From Candidatus Nanohalarchaeota archaeon (GTDB lineage Archaea > Nanohalarchaeota > Nanosalinia > Nanosalinales > JAFCCC01): a DNA stretch of 19,431 nt. The translations under genes and the position numbers were made by a program. Shown here one piece after another: positions 1-8,462 of the stretch. Location: positions 1 through 19,431 of the forward strand of contig JAFCCC010000011.1 in the NCBI GenBank assembly GCA_017610385.1, read 5' to 3'. The first letter of the stretch is position 1. Every line of letters begins with the position of its first letter. The notes beneath the pieces are model-generated. The model searched no databases and was not told the DNA's origin. It worked only from the letters and a program-made list of their open reading frames with translations.

Positions 1-131
1 CGAGCATTTGGAGCTAGCTTACTTATAATAAATTTTTTGGGTTTGTATTTCATTCCAATAATGTGCCGCCGCATCATTGAACCTAAAATAGCTTTTTTAA
101 TTTGTTCTATATTATGTCGGTTTTTGGTCAT
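1..131 (-). CDS. Partial hypothetical protein (N-terminus MTKNRHNIEQIKKAILGSMMRRHIIGMKYKPKKFIISKLAPNA..., runs off left edge)
   Basis: Manual translation of minus strand: ATG at 131, preceded by GTGATAGGT (SD-like), open to the window edge; divergent from the wHTH gene. Confidence 0.55.
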   Translation of the reverse strand, partial: MTKNRHNIEQIKKAILGSMMRRHIIGMKYKPKKFIISKLAPNA

Positions 132-229
132 ACCTATCACGTATCAAGTTTGATCCATTGAAAGACTCAATATCGATAATTATTTATACTTATTTTACCT
201 TTATACTATTGCAATAAATTGAATATAGA

Positions 230-550
230 GTGATAAATATGTATGTTCTAAACCCGCGCCTTAGAAAAGTAATGGACTTTTTACTAGATAACGCTCCTTT
301 AGATTTCTCAAAAACCGAAATTGCAGAGTATTCCAAAATTGGTAGAGCAACTTTAAATCGAATGTGGGAACAAATAGAAAACTTGGGATTAGTTATTCCA
401 ACAAGAAAATATGGTGGCACGCAATTGTTCAAATTAAATATCAAATCTGAATTAGTTAATAAAATTGCCGAGATTATGGATAGGATAGAACAATCAGAAG
501 AAAAGTCCGAAGAAGAAACAAAACAAAAAGAAATTGAGATTGATATGTAA
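230..550 (+). CDS. Winged helix-turn-helix DNA-binding protein (small archaeal regulator)
   Basis: DFSKTEIAEYSKIGRATLNRMWEQIENLGLV..TRKYGGTQLFKLN matches an HTH plus beta-wing pattern; true start may be ATG 239. Confidence 0.75.
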   Translation: MINMYVLNPRLRKVMDFLLDNAPLDFSKTEIAEYSKIGRATLNRMWEQIENLGLVIPTRKYGGTQLFKLNIKSELVNKIAEIMDRIEQSEEKSEEETKQKEIEIDM

Positions 551-625
551 CCTTCGCAAATGAGATTTAACTATTACATTTTCTTTATCGTATAGGATGA
601 AACTAAATCTAGATCTGTAAAGTAA

Positions 626-658
626 CTTCAAAAACAGGAGTAATCGCTTCAAAAACAG
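626..658. repeat. 12-bp direct repeat CTTCAAAAACAG x2 (626-637, 647-658; 21-bp period)
   Basis: Read directly from the sequence. Confidence 0.7.
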
Positions 659-986
659 AAGAAGTGGTATTTGGATGAAACTTTTTTCAGAGTTAATTAT
701 AATTTAATACGATTTTATTCTTAAACGAACGCCTACTAAAACCTTATAAAATAGCAATAGAAATGATATATCTGGTTGTTTGGTTAAAGACATAACCAGA
801 TGGCTTGGCTATAATAACTATGAATACTATGACCTGTAAAAAGTACCTGACCAGAAATCCATAACAATACCGCTCTCGGGCTTAAGATTATAAGCTATAG
901 CGTAAATGAGGAATAACTTAAACGATAGACTGAGTTTAAAGGGACTTTAAGAGCTAGTTCTGACTGAGATTTTGGTATGTGCTTTT

Positions 987-1835
987 CTAATCGCTTTGAT
1001 TTGTTAACTGCTCTAAGCATTTTTTTATTTTTGGGACCGCTAACTCCGTTTCTTTTTCTCCTTTTGTAATTGTTTCTCGTCCATTAGCAAATTTAGTCCA
1101 ATTTATTTTTCTAACTTTGGGAGTGATCAGAATGTCTGTGTTTTGCAGAGAATATTTTGCTAAATTGTATCGTAAAATATTCATAGCATTATTGGCAATT
1201 GTGTAAACCCCCAAATTTCCATTGTTAACTTTAATTTCTGGTTCATCCTGAAAAGAATACGTATCTAAATTTACAGATATAACTAGATCTGAACCCATTT
1301 TTCTGACGGTGTTATCAGGCACTGGATCGGATAAGCCTCCATCAACCAATAATTTATTTTTCCATTTACAGGGTTTAAAAGCTAAGGGAATAGATGAGCT
1401 AGCTCTTATAGCCTTTGCTAAGCTTCCTTCTGTGATTTCTACTTTTTGTCCTGTAAGAATATCGGTTGCTATGATTGTAAGAGGAATTTTAAGGTCTTTA
1501 AATTCTTTCCGGCCTGTTTGGTCCAAAATAAACTTTTCGATTTTTTTGCCACCCACTAGACCACCTGAAAAAATAGTGGGTTCAATTAAAAGCGAAAGAA
1601 TGCGTCGCCAGTCAGTTTCCATTGCTACGTTCTCAACCCAACTAATATTTTTTGTTAAAGCATATAATCCACCAACCATGGCTCCTATACTACACCCGGC
1701 GATAAAATCAATGGGAATGTTATTCTTTTCTAAGACTTTGATTACTCCTATATGGGCCAAACCTTTTGGTCCACCCGAACCTAGGGCCAAACCAACTTTA
1801 GGATGTCTAATTTTTTTATTCATTTTATTCCACAC
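987..1835 (-). CDS. Patatin-like phospholipase (RssA/NTE family)
   Basis: GSGGPKGLAHIGV oxyanion loop, GCSIG nucleophile elbow (GxSxG), DGG catalytic Asp; likely start ATG 1823. Confidence 0.93.
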   Translation of the reverse strand: MWNKMNKKIRHPKVGLALGSGGPKGLAHIGVIKVLEKNNIPIDFIAGCSIGAMVGGLYALTKNISWVENVAMETDWRRILSLLIEPTIFSGGLVGGKKIEKFILDQTGRKEFKDLKIPLTIIATDILTGQKVEITEGSLAKAIRASSSIPLAFKPCKWKNKLLVDGGLSDPVPDNTVRKMGSDLVISVNLDTYSFQDEPEIKVNNGNLGVYTIANNAMNILRYNLAKYSLQNTDILITPKVRKINWTKFANGRETITKGEKETELAVPKIKKCLEQLTNQSD

Positions 1836-1997
1836 TCAACTAACTATTTACTATATTATATCTTATTTTTTATTTTGGATGAGTTACATTTTTATGGGTA
1901 TTCAAGAGGCAATATTGTATCGGGAATAACATGTATCTGATTTTAGTGGTTTATAAAATGAGTTAAAAGCGTGCAATTTATGCGTTTTTATAACCTA

Positions 1998-2021
1998 ATT
2001 TCACATACTTTTATTCTTAAA
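1998..2021. repeat. 24-bp direct repeat, copy 1 (ATTTCACATACTTTTATTCTTAAA), left of TA module 1
   Basis: Matches 2610-2633 with one mismatch. Confidence 0.85.
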
Positions 2022-2063
2022 GTAAAGCTCAGTTTTTCCTGAATGAAACTTGTTTTAAGAATA

Positions 2064-2100
2064 GAAAACTATTTATATTTGTTTAACAGATGTTAAACAA
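2064..2100 (+). promoter_or_regulatory. BRE/TATA promoter (TTTATATT 2072-2079) plus palindromic operator TTGTTTAACA-GA-TGTTAAACAA (2079-2100) of TA module 1
   Basis: Perfect 10-bp inverted repeat between the TATA box and ATG 2102, as expected for RHH antitoxin autorepression. Confidence 0.75.
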
Positions 2101-2101
2101 T

Positions 2102-2326
2102 ATGAGTCAGATAATTGCATTTAGAGTGGATAAAGAAGAAGCAGACGATATTCAAATTCTTGCCGAAAGTAATGGCTACAAAGATAAATCTAAATTTATG
2201 AGAGATATTGTTAGAAAGGAATGGGACAAGTGGGTTAGAAAACAGAAGAAATACTTTAAGGAACATCCAGAGGATTATGTGCCTCTTTCTACAATAAAGG
2301 AAGACTTGAATAAACGAAGTGGTTGA
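2102..2326 (+). CDS. Ribbon-helix-helix antitoxin (RelB/CopG-like)
   Basis: SQIIAFRVDKEEADDIQILAESNGYKDKSKFMRDIV has RHH strand-helix-helix pattern; 3 nt upstream of the RelE-like ORF; start 2102 is 30 nt after the TATA box (ORF track starts at 2090). Confidence 0.8.
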   Translation: MSQIIAFRVDKEEADDIQILAESNGYKDKSKFMRDIVRKEWDKWVRKQKKYFKEHPEDYVPLSTIKEDLNKRSG

Positions 2327-2329
2327 GTA

Positions 2330-2596
2330 ATGTTTAAAGTTTTTGTCAAGAGAAACGCAAGAAACTATCTCGCATCACTTTCAAAAAAAGAACACCAACA
2401 GTGTTACGATGCTCTTGTAAAATTAGGAGAAAACCCATTTAGGAAAAGATCTGGCTGTGATATTAAGAAAAAGGGCGGAGAAGAAGAGGGTTACAGATTA
2501 AGAGTTGGTAAACATAGGTTCAATTATTGGGTTGGCAAAAGTCGATTAGTTGTTACGGTTGAAGAAGGATTTCAAAGAGAAAGAGGTTACAGGTAA
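2330..2596 (+). CDS. relE: RelE/ParE-family type II toxin
   Basis: 88 aa, basic; FKVFVKRNARNYL..LGENPF..DIKK..GYRLRVGKHRFNY is typical RelE. Confidence 0.85.
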   Translation: MFKVFVKRNARNYLASLSKKEHQQCYDALVKLGENPFRKRSGCDIKKKGGEEEGYRLRVGKHRFNYWVGKSRLVVTVEEGFQRERGYR

Positions 2597-2609
2597 GTTT
2601 TAACTACCC

Positions 2610-2633
2610 ATTTCACATACATTTATTCTTAAA
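2610..2633. repeat. 24-bp direct repeat, copy 2 (ATTTCACATACATTTATTCTTAAA), right of TA module 1
   Basis: Matches 1998-2021 with one mismatch. Confidence 0.85.
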
Positions 2634-2696
2634 ACAAATACCACCCCCCCAAAACCTTATAAAAACTTTAAGAATATAGAAATTCAATTTTTATTT

Positions 2697-2804
2697 ATGG
2701 TTAAGACTGCACATCATAAAAGAAATTTATTGCTTCTTTTTTCCGTGGCGTTGTTATTCTTTTTAGTCATACCTGCAATTAATATGCTTCCTTTACATAT
2801 GTAG
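2697..2804 (+). CDS. Possible 35-aa single-TM/signal-peptide-like small protein MVKTAHHKRNLLLLFSVALLFFLVIPAINMLPLHM
   Basis: Manual translation; basic N-region plus hydrophobic helix; AAAACCTTATAAA BRE/TATA-like element at 2651-2663. Confidence 0.35.
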   Translation: MVKTAHHKRNLLLLFSVALLFFLVIPAINMLPLHM

Positions 2805-2967
2805 TGCGCATCCCCAAGAGATTTAAGGTTCAAATCCAATTGTTTATTTTCAAAAGGTCATAATTCCGTAAATACTGCATTCACAAGGTATTTGTAGTAT
2901 ACCCCTCGGGTACTTATTATATGTGTTGACAATTGTGGGGGCGTAATGTTTATGACTGGTGATAAAG

Positions 2968-4026
2968 ATGGTTATTTATGTGGGTATAAATGGGTTTGGT
3001 AGAATCGGTCGACAGTTTTTTAGGACCTATTCAGAGGACCCGAGGTTTAAAATTGTTGGAATAAATGATTTAATGACGCCTGAGATGGCGGCGCACCTTT
3101 TGAAATATGATAGTACATTTGGAATCGATCAAAGAGCCATTCGTTATAAAGAAAAGGGTGTTGATATAGATTCAAGAGGTAGTCTTTTTAGAGCAAATTA
3201 TATTTTTGTTAATGATGATATCTATCCCTATACAAGATCTAAAGAACCAGAAAATATTCCTTGGGCTACACTTCCCCAAGTGGTGCTTGAATCTACAGGC
3301 GTTTTCAGAACCCGTGAAGATTTAGAAAGACATTTGAAAACAGGAGTGGAAAAAGTATTACTTTCTGCACCAGCCAAAACAAAAGGTGATGTAGATTTAT
3401 ATGTAGTTTACGGAGTAAATGATGATTTAATTTTGCCTGAGCATAAACTAATTTCAAATTCTTCATGTACAAGTAATGCGCTTGCACCAGTTGCTTCAGT
3501 GCTTGATGATGCATTTGGCATAGTTTCAGGTTATATGCTTACTGTACATGGGTATACAAAAGATCAAAATCTTCAAGATGCACCACACAAAGACTTAAGA
3601 AGAGCACGAGCAGCAGCAATCAATATTATCCCAACCACCACAGGTGCTGCAGAAGCTGTGGGTTATGTTCTTCCAAATTTACAAGGAAAACTTACTGGTC
3701 TTGCCGATAGAGTTTCTGTAGCTGATGGTTCTATTGTTCATTTAGTGGCCAATTTTAAAGAACCAGTATCAATTAAAAAAATTAATGAAGCAATCAGATA
3801 TGCTTCAGAACATGAATTGCTTGGTGTTTTAGAATATTCTGAAGCGCCCCTTGTTTCAAGTGACATAATTGGTAATTCCCATTCTAGTATTTTTGATTCA
3901 AACCTCACAAGAGTCCTTGAATCTGATGAAAGAACCGCTTTTGTAAGTGCTTGGTATGATAACGAAGGTGCCTTTGCAAGACGATGTGGAGATGTAATAG
4001 CAGCTCTTTATTCTAACGTAAAATAA
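2968..4026 (+). CDS. gap: Class I (bacterial-type) glyceraldehyde-3-phosphate dehydrogenase
   Basis: GINGFGRIGR, VLESTGVF, SNSSCTSN (catalytic Cys), TVHGYT, DLRRARAAA, NIIPTTTGAA, WYDNE; SD GGTGA before ATG 2968. Confidence 0.95.
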   Translation: MVIYVGINGFGRIGRQFFRTYSEDPRFKIVGINDLMTPEMAAHLLKYDSTFGIDQRAIRYKEKGVDIDSRGSLFRANYIFVNDDIYPYTRSKEPENIPWATLPQVVLESTGVFRTREDLERHLKTGVEKVLLSAPAKTKGDVDLYVVYGVNDDLILPEHKLISNSSCTSNALAPVASVLDDAFGIVSGYMLTVHGYTKDQNLQDAPHKDLRRARAAAINIIPTTTGAAEAVGYVLPNLQGKLTGLADRVSVADGSIVHLVANFKEPVSIKKINEAIRYASEHELLGVLEYSEAPLVSSDIIGNSHSSIFDSNLTRVLESDERTAFVSAWYDNEGAFARRCGDVIAALYSNVK

Positions 4027-4074
4027 TCGTATTTTCTAAAGGTTTTTAATGTCTGCGATCATTAAATTACTAAA

Positions 4075-4686
4075 GTGATTATTTTGATCAAAAATAATTT
4101 TTCTCTAGCAAAAAAAATTGAAATTGAGCGAAGAAATGTTAAAAATGCTAGATTAAATGTTAATCAAGATTTAGAAGTTAAGGTAATTGTTCCTGAGCAT
4201 TATAGTGAAAGAAACATTTCGAAAATTATAGAGAACAATTCTGTATGGATAAATACTAAATTAAGAAAATTTTCCAAAATCGCAAAATACAAAATTCCAC
4301 TAAAAGAAAATGAAATTTTACTTTTTGGCCAACCGAAAATATTAGATAAAGAAAATCCAGAAGAATGGCAAAAGAAATTCGCTAGAGTTTATTTGATTGA
4401 ACGAGCACAGCAATTGGCTGAAAAGAATAATCTGAAATTTAATAGAATCTTTATTCGTTCACAAAGAACTCGGTGGGGTAGTTGCTCGTCTAAAAGAAAT
4501 ATTTCTCTAAATTGGCGTTTAATTAAGACACCAAAAGAAGTTATTGATTATGTTATACTCCATGAATTAACTCACCTAAAAGAAATGAACCATAGCAAAG
4601 ACTTTTGGAATAATCTCGAATCTAAAATCCCAAATTATAAGGAGTTAAGACTTTGGTTAAAAAGACATGGCCCTTTGTTATTCTAA
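4075..4686 (+). CDS. YgjP/DUF45-like M48-family zinc metallohydrolase
   Basis: QRTRWGSCS, ISLNWRL, DYVILHELTHLKEMNHSKDFW (HExxH). Confidence 0.9.
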   Translation: MIILIKNNFSLAKKIEIERRNVKNARLNVNQDLEVKVIVPEHYSERNISKIIENNSVWINTKLRKFSKIAKYKIPLKENEILLFGQPKILDKENPEEWQKKFARVYLIERAQQLAEKNNLKFNRIFIRSQRTRWGSCSSKRNISLNWRLIKTPKEVIDYVILHELTHLKEMNHSKDFWNNLESKIPNYKELRLWLKRHGPLLF

Positions 4687-4801
4687 ATATTTAGTTTGAA
4701 TATTATGAACGTTTATTATCTGTCTTCTAAAAGTTTGGTTTACATTCTAAAAATTTAATCTGCCTTTAAAAGTTTATATTTACGGGAATTAAATTTAATT
4801 T

Positions 4802-5053
4802 ATGGCACAACACACATTTCTAGTTGGAGAAAAGAAAAAAATTAGTTTGGGTGGATTACGATTCACGACGGTTGTTTATTGTGGTATGCCAAGTGCAAAT
4901 AGTTTTTCTATAATGTACAAAGAAAAACATGTTTATCAAGGATATGCAATGAATTTATTTTATCCTACAAATATTGAAAGAATCTCCATAAAAAATACGC
5001 AATTTCAGGTAATTAGTGTTACATCAAAAGAACTTGTTTTGGAAATATACTAG
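4802..5053 (+). CDS. Hypothetical protein (83 aa, beta-rich)
   Basis: Clean ORF with TTTATAT box 29 nt upstream of the ATG; no family recognised. Confidence 0.7.
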   Translation: MAQHTFLVGEKKKISLGGLRFTTVVYCGMPSANSFSIMYKEKHVYQGYAMNLFYPTNIERISIKNTQFQVISVTSKELVLEIY

Positions 5054-5275
5054 ATACTACTTATTAGAAAATTAGTTCGTACCAAACAACTGATTATTCG
5101 TTCAACACACCGTAAATAGTTGTTATACTCAATTTTCAAAAATCTTAAAAAATAGAATGAGGTTTTCAGATTAATCCTTTCAATATTATTTATAAGATAT
5201 TTTTACAATGGTTTTCAATATTCTTTAGTTGCATAAAAGAAACATTTATAATAAGTCCATCTTCATATGCTTATT

Positions 5276-6340
5276 GTGAAGACCAACCACAAAATTTTAT
5301 TCCAAAACTCCAATAATATGCACCAAATTAAAGATAATTCTATTGATTTAATGATAACTTCTCCACCATATCCTATGATTCAAATGTGGGATGAAATGTT
5401 TTCAAAACAAAATCCAAAAATCAAAGAAGCATTAGAAAATAATAATGGCGATTTGGCTTTCGAATTAATGAATCAAGAATTAGATAAAGTTTGGAATGAA
5501 GTTTATAGGGTTTTGAGAGATGGAGGAATAGCTTGTATAAATATAGGGGATGCCACAAGAACAATTGATAAAAATTTTCAATTATTTTCAAATAGTTCTA
5601 GAATAATAACTCATTGTTTAAAACTTGGCTTTTCTTGTTTACCTAAAATTTTATGGAAAAAAACAACTAATGCACCAAATAAATTTATGGGTAGCGGAAT
5701 GTTACCTCCTGGGGCTTATGTTACATTAGAACACGAATACATACTTATTTTACGAAAAGGCGGGAAAAGAGAATTTAAGACAATTAAAGAGAAAGAAAAC
5801 AGACAAGAAAGCAGTTATTTCTGGGAAGAAAGAAATAGGTGGTTTAGTGATATTTGGGAAGGTTTAAACGGAGTTCTTCAAAAATTAGAAGATAAAAATA
5901 TCAGACAAAGAAGTGCCGCATATCCTTTTGAATTAGCTTATAGATTAATTAATATGTTTTCTGTAAAAGGAGATACAATATTAGATCCATATTTTGGAAC
6001 AGGTACGACAATGCTTGCTGCAATAAATAGCGGAAGAAATTCCATCGGTATTGAAATAGATTCATTTTTCGAGAACACAATTAAAGATCGGACGAAAAAA
6101 GTTATAGAAGATTCTAACAAATATATATCTAATAGAATTAAAGAACATTTAGAATTTGTTAAAGATAGAGAAGAAAAAAAAGGACCTTTAAAATATACAA
6201 ACAAAAATTATGGTTTTAAAGTTGTGACCAGACAAGAATTAGGCATATTAATTAATCCCTTGATTGCAATAAAAAATATTTCTTCAAATGAATTTGAAGT
6301 GGAATATTCAGAAGAAGTAACAAAAGAAAAAATATCTTAA
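5276..6340 (+). CDS. Beta-class N4-cytosine DNA methyltransferase, M.MthZI-like (probably CTAG)
   Basis: TSPPY (motif IV) precedes DPYFGTGTT (motif I); segments KFMGSGMLPP..YVTLEHEYILI, FWEERNRWFSD and AAYPFELAYRLINM recalled as matching M.MthZI; GTG 5276 (MKTNH) is 31 nt after TTTATA. Confidence 0.9.
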   Translation: MKTNHKILFQNSNNMHQIKDNSIDLMITSPPYPMIQMWDEMFSKQNPKIKEALENNNGDLAFELMNQELDKVWNEVYRVLRDGGIACINIGDATRTIDKNFQLFSNSSRIITHCLKLGFSCLPKILWKKTTNAPNKFMGSGMLPPGAYVTLEHEYILILRKGGKREFKTIKEKENRQESSYFWEERNRWFSDIWEGLNGVLQKLEDKNIRQRSAAYPFELAYRLINMFSVKGDTILDPYFGTGTTMLAAINSGRNSIGIEIDSFFENTIKDRTKKVIEDSNKYISNRIKEHLEFVKDREEKKGPLKYTNKNYGFKVVTRQELGILINPLIAIKNISSNEFEVEYSEEVTKEKIS

Positions 6341-6585
6341 GAGGCCTATAGACCATCTATAATACTTTCCAGTGTTACGTTATCTTCTGTAATAGAGAAG
6401 AATGCAATTTCAAAGAAAATTGGAATTGAAAGGTTTTTGCCTTTTTTGATTGATGAGGCAAAATTTGATAGTGTTTACTCGAACTTTCCCACTACTTCTT
6501 AGTTTCTTTACTCATAACCCGAATTAGTTTTGGTTCATTTATTATTTTAGCAAAGTTGATTTTTTGCCCGAGAGTAAACAAAATT

Positions 6586-7119
6586 TTATTCACTGTTTGG
6601 GTTACGAGCATTTCTCCCAGACAAATTTTGCAATGCTTCTGTAACCTTTATTTCGTCTATAACTTCAAAATCTGATGATAATTCTTTGCTTAGAGGTTTC
6701 AGAGTGGCATTTAAATTGCATTTAATCGAGTTCTCTTCCAAACATATGGTTCCCCGAATGTGTGCTTGTTGAATTAATGCCGCACCTTCATCGTCCGGAG
6801 AAGCATATGAATGATCCCATCTGTTTTCTAGTTTTATATAATATCCTGGCAAGTCTATTTGTGCTGTTCTGATTTCCCTTAATTGTTCAATCACAGGCAA
6901 AAATTCATCTGCTTTAAAATAATAGCGTGCGTCTTCGTTACGTCCGTCATTATTGCCCCTAATTTCATAACCTGAAAGTACTTCAAACATTCCAAGTTCT
7001 GGCCGCAATGCGATTGATGTGTACTCAGTAGCTGGAAACCCATCAATACTGGTATTTCTTCTACCTGTGTGATTAACTTCATCTAAGAACTCTTGTATTT
7101 TATTTGATAAATCTAACAT
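6586..7119 (-). CDS. Hypothetical protein (177 aa, acidic)
   Basis: Long ORF with protein-like composition and TATA-like element about 32 nt upstream; no motif recognised. Confidence 0.7.
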   Translation of the reverse strand: MLDLSNKIQEFLDEVNHTGRRNTSIDGFPATEYTSIALRPELGMFEVLSGYEIRGNNDGRNEDARYYFKADEFLPVIEQLREIRTAQIDLPGYYIKLENRWDHSYASPDDEGAALIQQAHIRGTICLEENSIKCNLNATLKPLSKELSSDFEVIDEIKVTEALQNLSGRNARNPNSE

Positions 7120-7229
7120 TTAAACCAATATACATAATATACCTCTTTAAACCTTATAAATATTTTGGTTATTGTTCTCTTAGAAGTAATTACACACCTA
7201 TTTAGTTTGGTTTCAAAGGGATATGCGTT

Positions 7230-8429
7230 CTATTTGGTATTTATTAAATAATTCTCATGAATAAACTCATTAATCTCTTTTAAAATTGAATTTAAATCAA
7301 ATCCTACTTTTTCAGAATGTTCTTTTAATGTTAAATAATCCAAATCCCACGAATCTATTTTGAACTTATCGAGAATTTTTCTTGATTTTCTATATTTTTT
7401 TAATATTGAATAAATTTTCCAGTTCTTATCAATTTTATCAATAGATTCATACTTTGGGTCATTAAAGAAAATCAATTGTTCTCCTTTAAAATTCTTGTTT
7501 CTGAACAAAACGATTCTAGATGGGCTATGTTCATTTATTATTTCATACGATGGAAGAAGTTCATTTAATTTTTCAGCAAATGCCTGTACATTTTTATGAA
7601 AAGGCATATTCTCTTTTTTTAATCTCTGCCTGGAGAAGCCCAAAAACATATAAGCTTTTATTTCAATAAAATTGCTCTGTGTTTCTTCAAATAATTCTGC
7701 ATATTCTTCTAATAAATTTTCAGAATCATTTAGCCCTTTTATTTGAGTAAAGCGAAGTACTGTTCTTGTGTTTAAATTTTTTAGTAGATTTAATGTTTCC
7801 TTTAATCTTTTCCATCCATCTGAATTTGCTGGGCGAGCAATCTCTTTATACAATTTCTCATTAGGAGCATTAACAGAAACATAAAGCTGAACCGGAAGTA
7901 AATCTTTTTCATTTAATTCCTTTAATTTTTTAGGTTCCTGCCCATTTGTTACAACGAAAATAGAGCGCGTTTCTTTGTTGTTCTTTAAAATAGAAATTAA
8001 TTCATCAATTTTGTCATAAAGTAATGGTTCTCCTGCTAAGCTTATGGCCCAATGATTTGGAAATAATTCGTATGCATCTTTAAACTTTTCTTTATCAACT
8101 TTTTCATGACCCCCAAATCCGCTTAGCAAATTTTTTCTTCCTTCAATTAGCCCAAGAATCATTTCTTGTGGGTCCATTGCTTCTGATTCTTTTGAAGACA
8201 TAAACTCCATCGGTCTCCAACAATAAATACAATTATGATTGCAACATAAAATATCTGGACCCATTTCCATGCATCGATTTGTATCAATTCCATAAAATTT
8301 TCTTTTATAACAAGAACCCTCATTAATTAAATGTTTTTTAGTCCAAGAACATATTTCAACTGCGGAACTGCCACAAATTCTATATTGCATATTCAGTAAT
8401 TTGCTTTTAATTTCCAAGGGAATTGTCAT
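7230..8429 (-). CDS. taw1: 4-demethylwyosine synthase TYW1/Taw1 (radical SAM) with C-terminal extension
   Basis: VEICSWTK, SCYKRKFYGI (Schiff-base Lys), RCMEM, CNHNCIYCWR (CxxxCxxC), AISLAGEP, VTNG, IEIKAYM. Confidence 0.95.
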   Translation of the reverse strand: MTIPLEIKSKLLNMQYRICGSSAVEICSWTKKHLINEGSCYKRKFYGIDTNRCMEMGPDILCCNHNCIYCWRPMEFMSSKESEAMDPQEMILGLIEGRKNLLSGFGGHEKVDKEKFKDAYELFPNHWAISLAGEPLLYDKIDELISILKNNKETRSIFVVTNGQEPKKLKELNEKDLLPVQLYVSVNAPNEKLYKEIARPANSDGWKRLKETLNLLKNLNTRTVLRFTQIKGLNDSENLLEEYAELFEETQSNFIEIKAYMFLGFSRQRLKKENMPFHKNVQAFAEKLNELLPSYEIINEHSPSRIVLFRNKNFKGEQLIFFNDPKYESIDKIDKNWKIYSILKKYRKSRKILDKFKIDSWDLDYLTLKEHSEKVGFDLNSILKEINEFIHENYLINTK

Positions 8430-8462
8430 ACATTTAAATTGAGAGAAAAATATTTATGTTAT

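Noticed and set aside
190-444. Shadow ORFs (also 3305-3514, 5938-6204, 6891-7082, 9063-9320, 10581-10772, 11663-12004, 15411-15659, 15584-15826)
   Set aside because: Overlap better-supported genes on the opposite strand or frame and have no motifs
987-1835. CBASS CapV effector linked to the GGDEF enzyme
   Set aside because: RssA/NTE-like sequence, 9 kb away, and no CD-NTase present
1309-1929. 206-aa plus-strand ORF
   Set aside because: Antisense shadow of the patatin gene
1988-2098. Canonical integron attC site
   Set aside because: TAAC and GTTAAAC ends exist, but the L''/L' boxes do not pair and GTTAAAC is explained by the operator palindrome
2926-2956. Sigma70 promoter (TTGACA) before gap
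   Set aside because: No acceptable -10 box at 16-18 nt spacing; context is archaeal
2697-3002. TAG read-through/recoding (frame interrupted only by TAGs)
   Set aside because: Clear genes here end in TAG (5053, 12067, 13417), and the extension overlaps gap out of frame
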